In this document: piece by piece, positions 28,481 to 32,000 of the stretch
Numbering within the stretch: position 1 is the first letter of the stretch
Layout: each line of letters begins with the position of its first letter
Assembly (NCBI GenBank): GCA_000503915.1
Contig: CP006915.1
Location: 450,001 to 482,000, forward strand
DNA: 32,000 bases
Direction of reading: 5' to 3'
Source of the DNA: Candidatus Saccharimonadota bacterium
Lineage (GTDB): Bacteria > Patescibacteriota > Saccharimonadia > Saccharimonadales > Saccharimonadaceae
Notes under the pieces: model-generated
The model's database searches: none
What the model was told of the DNA's origin: nothing
The model's input: the letters and a program-made list of their open reading frames with translations, nothing else
Made by a program: the position numbers and the translations under genes

Positions 28481-31326
28481 AGTTCAAATCAGGTACACGT
28501 CGGCGGGCGATTGAATACGAAAAAGACTGGGTCAAACGCTGGAAAGCAGATAAAACGTTTGAGAAATCGGTCGAGCAGCGCTCGAAAGATAATTCATATG
28601 TGTTTTACGACGGGCCGCCGTTTATTTCCGGTGTGCCTCACCACGGCACCTTGCTAAGCTCGATCGTCAAAGACGCCGTACCGCGCTACCAAACCATGAA
28701 AGGCAAGCGTGTCGAGCGTGTCTGGGGGTGGGATGCGCATGGTTTACCAGCAGAACGCTATACCGAAAAGAAGCTGGGTATTCATTCTCGCCAGGAAGTA
28801 CTCGATTATGGCCTCGAAAAATACATCAAAGCGACGCGCGCCAATATGCTCGAGACTTCAAGTGCCTGGGAAGATGTCATTGATCGTATCGGTCGCTGGG
28901 TAGAATTTAAGGGTGCCTATAAAACCATGGACAAAGATTACATGGAATCGATCTGGTGGGCGTTCAAGGAGCTTTACGAAAAGGGCAAGATCTACGAAGG
29001 CGAAAAGGTGCTTATGTACTGCACACTCGATGGTACGCCGCTCTCGAAAGCCGAAGTGACAATGGACGCGGGGGCGTATCAGGATGTGACCGATCCGAGT
29101 GTCTATGTTAAGTTCCAACTTGATGACGGGCGCATCTTACTAGCTTGGACGACAACGCCGTGGACATTGCCGGCCAATACGGCACTAGCGGTCAATAAAG
29201 ATGTACGGTATGTTGAAGTTGAAGTTGATGGTGAGCGTATGGTAGTCGCCAAAGACCTAGCCGAAAAAGTGTTTACAGACGAAAAGCATCAACCGCTGAA
29301 CTACGAAGTTCTCAGTGAACTTACTGGTGCCGAACTGGTCGGATTAGAATACCGACCGTTGTTTGTTGATCGCGGCAAGAATGCGCACAAAGTCTGGCAC
29401 GCTGACTATGTGGAGACGGAAGCCGGTACCGGTATTGTCCACCTAGCGCCGACCTACGGTGAGGAAGACTTTGAGCTTGCCAAAAAAGAAGGCTTTCCGG
29501 CCGTACACACCATCGATCAAAACGGCTTTTTCACCGAAGGTGACTGGAAGGGCGAGAATGTATGGGAAGTAAACAAGCAAATTGCGAAGGATCTACATGA
29601 GCGCGGTGTCGTCTGGAAGATCGACTACATCCAGCACAGTTATCCGCACTGTCACCGCTGCGGTACACGTCTAATGTATCGAGCGCATCCGAGCTGGTTT
29701 ATGGATATCGACGGCCAGCGCGAGAAAATGCTCGAGAAAAACGAGCCAATCAACTGGTTTCCGGCACACCTCAAACACGGTCGCTTTGAAAAAACCGTTC
29801 AGCAGGCACCCGACTGGAACATCTCGCGTGACCGCTTTTGGGCGACGGCCATGCCGGTTTGGAAGTCAAAAAGCGGTAAGGTGAAGGTCGTGGGTAGCTA
29901 CGCCGAATTGAAAGAACTCTCGGGTATTGAGTTGGCAGATTACCACCGCCCGTGGATCGACGACGTGAAATTCACTATCGACAGCGAAGAATATACGCGA
30001 ATCGACAAAGTGATGGACAGTTGGTTCGAAGCTGGCAGTATGCCATTTGCACAGTTCCATTATCCGTTTGAAAACAAAGAAAAATTTGAAGAAAACTTCC
30101 CAGGTGACTTTATCGTCGAGTACATCGGTCAAGTGCGTGCCTGGTTTTACTATATGCACGCTATGGCGATTGCATTGTTCGATGAAAACTCATTTAAAAA
30201 CGTCATTACCACCGGAAACGTGGCCGGCAACGATGGCCGTAAGATGAGTAAAAGCTATGGCAACTATACTGATCCAAATGAACTGATGGACAAATTTAGT
30301 GCTGATTCGCTGCGCTTTCTGCTGCTTTCCAGCCCGCTCTTAAACGGTGAAGATTTTGCGCTTCAGGACAAAGAGGTTGGCGATGTCGCGCGCAAGCTCG
30401 GTATGATCTGGAACATGTACGATTTCTTCACGATGTACGCCGAAGTTGATGGCTGGGAGTTTGACGGGGAACTCAAAGACCCGCTCGATGAGGCTACTAA
30501 TCCGCTCGATATTTGGATCATTTCGCGTCTCCATCAGCTAATTGAAGAGATTGAGAAAAACATGGATGTCTATAATCTCCCCGACGCGATGAATCCAATC
30601 TTACCGTTCCTTGACGATGCGTCAAACTGGTACGTGCGCCGCAGCCGTCGCCGATTCTGGAAGTCGGAAGACGACGGAGACAAACAGATGGCCTACCAGA
30701 CGCTTCATTATGTGCTGGTACGGCTAGCCTACGTGCTAGCGCCCTTCACGCCATTCCTCGCCGAGGAGCTGTATCATAATTTAACCGGTGATAAAGAATC
30801 GATTCACCTCAAGGATTGGCTATCGGCGGGTCATATCAATAAGCTCGTGATGGACGACATGGAGACAGTGCGTGATTATGCTAACCAGGGGTTAAGCTTG
30901 CGTGCAAAAGCCGGCCTGAAAGTGCGCCAGCCACTGGCTAGCGTCACGGTACCCAGCCTAGGTGAGTATGTAGAATTTGAACCAATCCTACTCGATGAGC
31001 TGAATGTTAGATCTGTAAAAATCGGTGATGCGGTGACGATCGATGAAACGTTGACACCAGAGCTGCGGCGCGAAGGTTTGATACGCGAAGTCATTCGCCA
31101 TATCCAAGCCGCACGCAAGAAAGCAAATCTTAAAGTGGATGACCATATCAGTCTTTCACTATCGACAGCTGGTGACAATGAGCTGACAAAAGCTATCAAC
31201 GAGCATGAAGATACAATCATGGCGGAAACACTGGCGGATCACATGGTGAAAGGCGACCTCGCCCACAGTGAGTCGGTGAAAGTTGAAGATGAAGAGCTAG
31301 TCATCTCTCTCGAAAAAGCTCACTAA
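28477..31326 (+). CDS. ileS: Isoleucyl-tRNA synthetase, type 2 (eukaryote/actinobacterial-like)
   Basis: FYDGPPFISGVPHHGT (HIGH region in the type-2 context YDGPPF), WGWDAHGLPAE, the editing domain, KMSKS (GRKMSKSYGN) and the anticodon-binding domain. Length 949 aa. Confidence 0.93.
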   Translation: MKFKSGTRRRAIEYEKDWVKRWKADKTFEKSVEQRSKDNSYVFYDGPPFISGVPHHGTLLSSIVKDAVPRYQTMKGKRVERVWGWDAHGLPAERYTEKKLGIHSRQEVLDYGLEKYIKATRANMLETSSAWEDVIDRIGRWVEFKGAYKTMDKDYMESIWWAFKELYEKGKIYEGEKVLMYCTLDGTPLSKAEVTMDAGAYQDVTDPSVYVKFQLDDGRILLAWTTTPWTLPANTALAVNKDVRYVEVEVDGERMVVAKDLAEKVFTDEKHQPLNYEVLSELTGAELVGLEYRPLFVDRGKNAHKVWHADYVETEAGTGIVHLAPTYGEEDFELAKKEGFPAVHTIDQNGFFTEGDWKGENVWEVNKQIAKDLHERGVVWKIDYIQHSYPHCHRCGTRLMYRAHPSWFMDIDGQREKMLEKNEPINWFPAHLKHGRFEKTVQQAPDWNISRDRFWATAMPVWKSKSGKVKVVGSYAELKELSGIELADYHRPWIDDVKFTIDSEEYTRIDKVMDSWFEAGSMPFAQFHYPFENKEKFEENFPGDFIVEYIGQVRAWFYYMHAMAIALFDENSFKNVITTGNVAGNDGRKMSKSYGNYTDPNELMDKFSADSLRFLLLSSPLLNGEDFALQDKEVGDVARKLGMIWNMYDFFTMYAEVDGWEFDGELKDPLDEATNPLDIWIISRLHQLIEEIEKNMDVYNLPDAMNPILPFLDDASNWYVRRSRRRFWKSEDDGDKQMAYQTLHYVLVRLAYVLAPFTPFLAEELYHNLTGDKESIHLKDWLSAGHINKLVMDDMETVRDYANQGLSLRAKAGLKVRQPLASVTVPSLGEYVEFEPILLDELNVRSVKIGDAVTIDETLTPELRREGLIREVIRHIQAARKKANLKVDDHISLSLSTAGDNELTKAINEHEDTIMAETLADHMVKGDLAHSESVKVEDEELVISLEKAH

Positions 31327-32000
31327 TTAGTTCGTACGTCGCGGCGTAGGAAACCAATCCAACCGATGATGGTGAGAACGACGATAGCTCCAATAATGAC
31401 AAGCAAGTTCGTTTCATCGAGGCCATTGCTCATAATTTGTGGATTGTTGTAGTAGTGTAGTAGTGAAAACTTATCAAGGATTTCCAGCTTATCGACGGCC
31501 GGAGCCAGTGAGGTGATGAACAAGCTGGCGACAGCATAGCCACAGGCAAGTAGTAGCGTCAAGCCGCGACTGCCCGTAAACATAGCGATGACGTAGACGA
31601 TGACTCCATAGGCGATGTTGATGAGGCTAAAAGCGAGCAGTGATTGCCAGACTAGTGTAAAGTCGGTTGATTCGTCAATGACGAGCAGTGCCAGCCAAAT
31701 CGCTAGGACAACACTTGCGCAGATGACGGTAACGACCGTGATGGCGGCGAGCCATTTCTGAAAGTAGACACGGGTGCGACTGACCGGAAAGCTGAGAAGA
31801 GACTGCATGCGGCCGTCGGCTTCTTCGCTGGCGCTGATACCGAGGAAAATGAGGATCGCCATGATAAGCGAAATGATATAAAGATTCGGGCCGAAGATTT
31901 GTTGGCCGATGTAGCCAGGGACAGTTTTAAAATCAGCCACGTCGCCGACTAGGCTTTTAAGCGAATCAGGCACGGAATTGACAATATCTTCAATACCCGT
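31323..32000 (-). CDS. ABC-2-type transporter permease (5' end probably beyond the window)
   Basis: Multi-TM protein with a typical ABC-2 permease pattern. The frame stays open upstream of the GTG at 31973 to the window edge. The stop overlaps the ileS stop convergently by 4 bp. Confidence 0.6.
   Translation of the reverse strand, partial: TGIEDIVNSVPDSLKSLVGDVADFKTVPGYIGQQIFGPNLYIISLIMAILIFLGISASEEADGRMQSLLSFPVSRTRVYFQKWLAAITVVTVICASVVLAIWLALLVIDESTDFTLVWQSLLAFSLINIAYGVIVYVIAMFTGSRGLTLLLACGYAVASLFITSLAPAVDKLEILDKFSLLHYYNNPQIMSNGLDETNLLVIIGAIVVLTIIGWIGFLRRDVRTN

Noticed and set aside
31323-31326. 4-bp convergent overlap of the ileS and ABC-2 permease stop codons, plus other terminator-less convergent junctions (10570-10589, 13062-13063)
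   Set aside because: This is a real observation, but such compaction is common in small genomes and there is no further signal to follow.

Overview
Gene-dense window. It opens with the 3' part of an rRNA operon (23S + 5S, + strand) and then runs mostly through housekeeping genes: rpsA, infB, priA-[pilin]-def-fmt, a PRTase-like gene, recJ, rpsU, a yqeY-like gene, adk, map, ftsA-ftsZ, nrdR, a VKOR homologue and a type-2 ileS operon. The lineage looks like a reduced Gram-positive-type organism such as Saccharibacteria/CPR. This rests on two type IV pilin genes, an LPxTG protein, an oversized 23S with insertions, a short IF-2 and tightly packed or overlapping genes; it is inference only, since no 16S is in the window. 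No CRISPR array, transposase, integrase or tRNA gene was seen. Main second-look items: (1) a probable Ile-specific T-box leader with a very short Stem I and no obvious terminator or SD sequestrator, placed before a translationally coupled operon (93-aa acidic ORF, Cof-type HAD hydrolase, ileS). (2) At least seven genes whose ATG lies 6-9 nt after an extended -10 box with no Shine-Dalgarno, which suggests leaderless mRNAs. (3) Three structured expansion segments that make the 23S about 400 nt longer than E. coli 23S. (4) A decayed 5S fragment feeding into duplicated promoter/UTR/terminator cassettes that express small, highly charged proteins next to a KGG stress protein. (5) An NrdR homologue lacking all four zinc-ribbon cysteines, followed by a Cys-less thioredoxin/NrdH-like ORF. 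(6) Two paralogous pilin genes, one of which interrupts the conserved priA-def-fmt synteny. All calls come from reading the sequence and the ORF translations; no searches were run.
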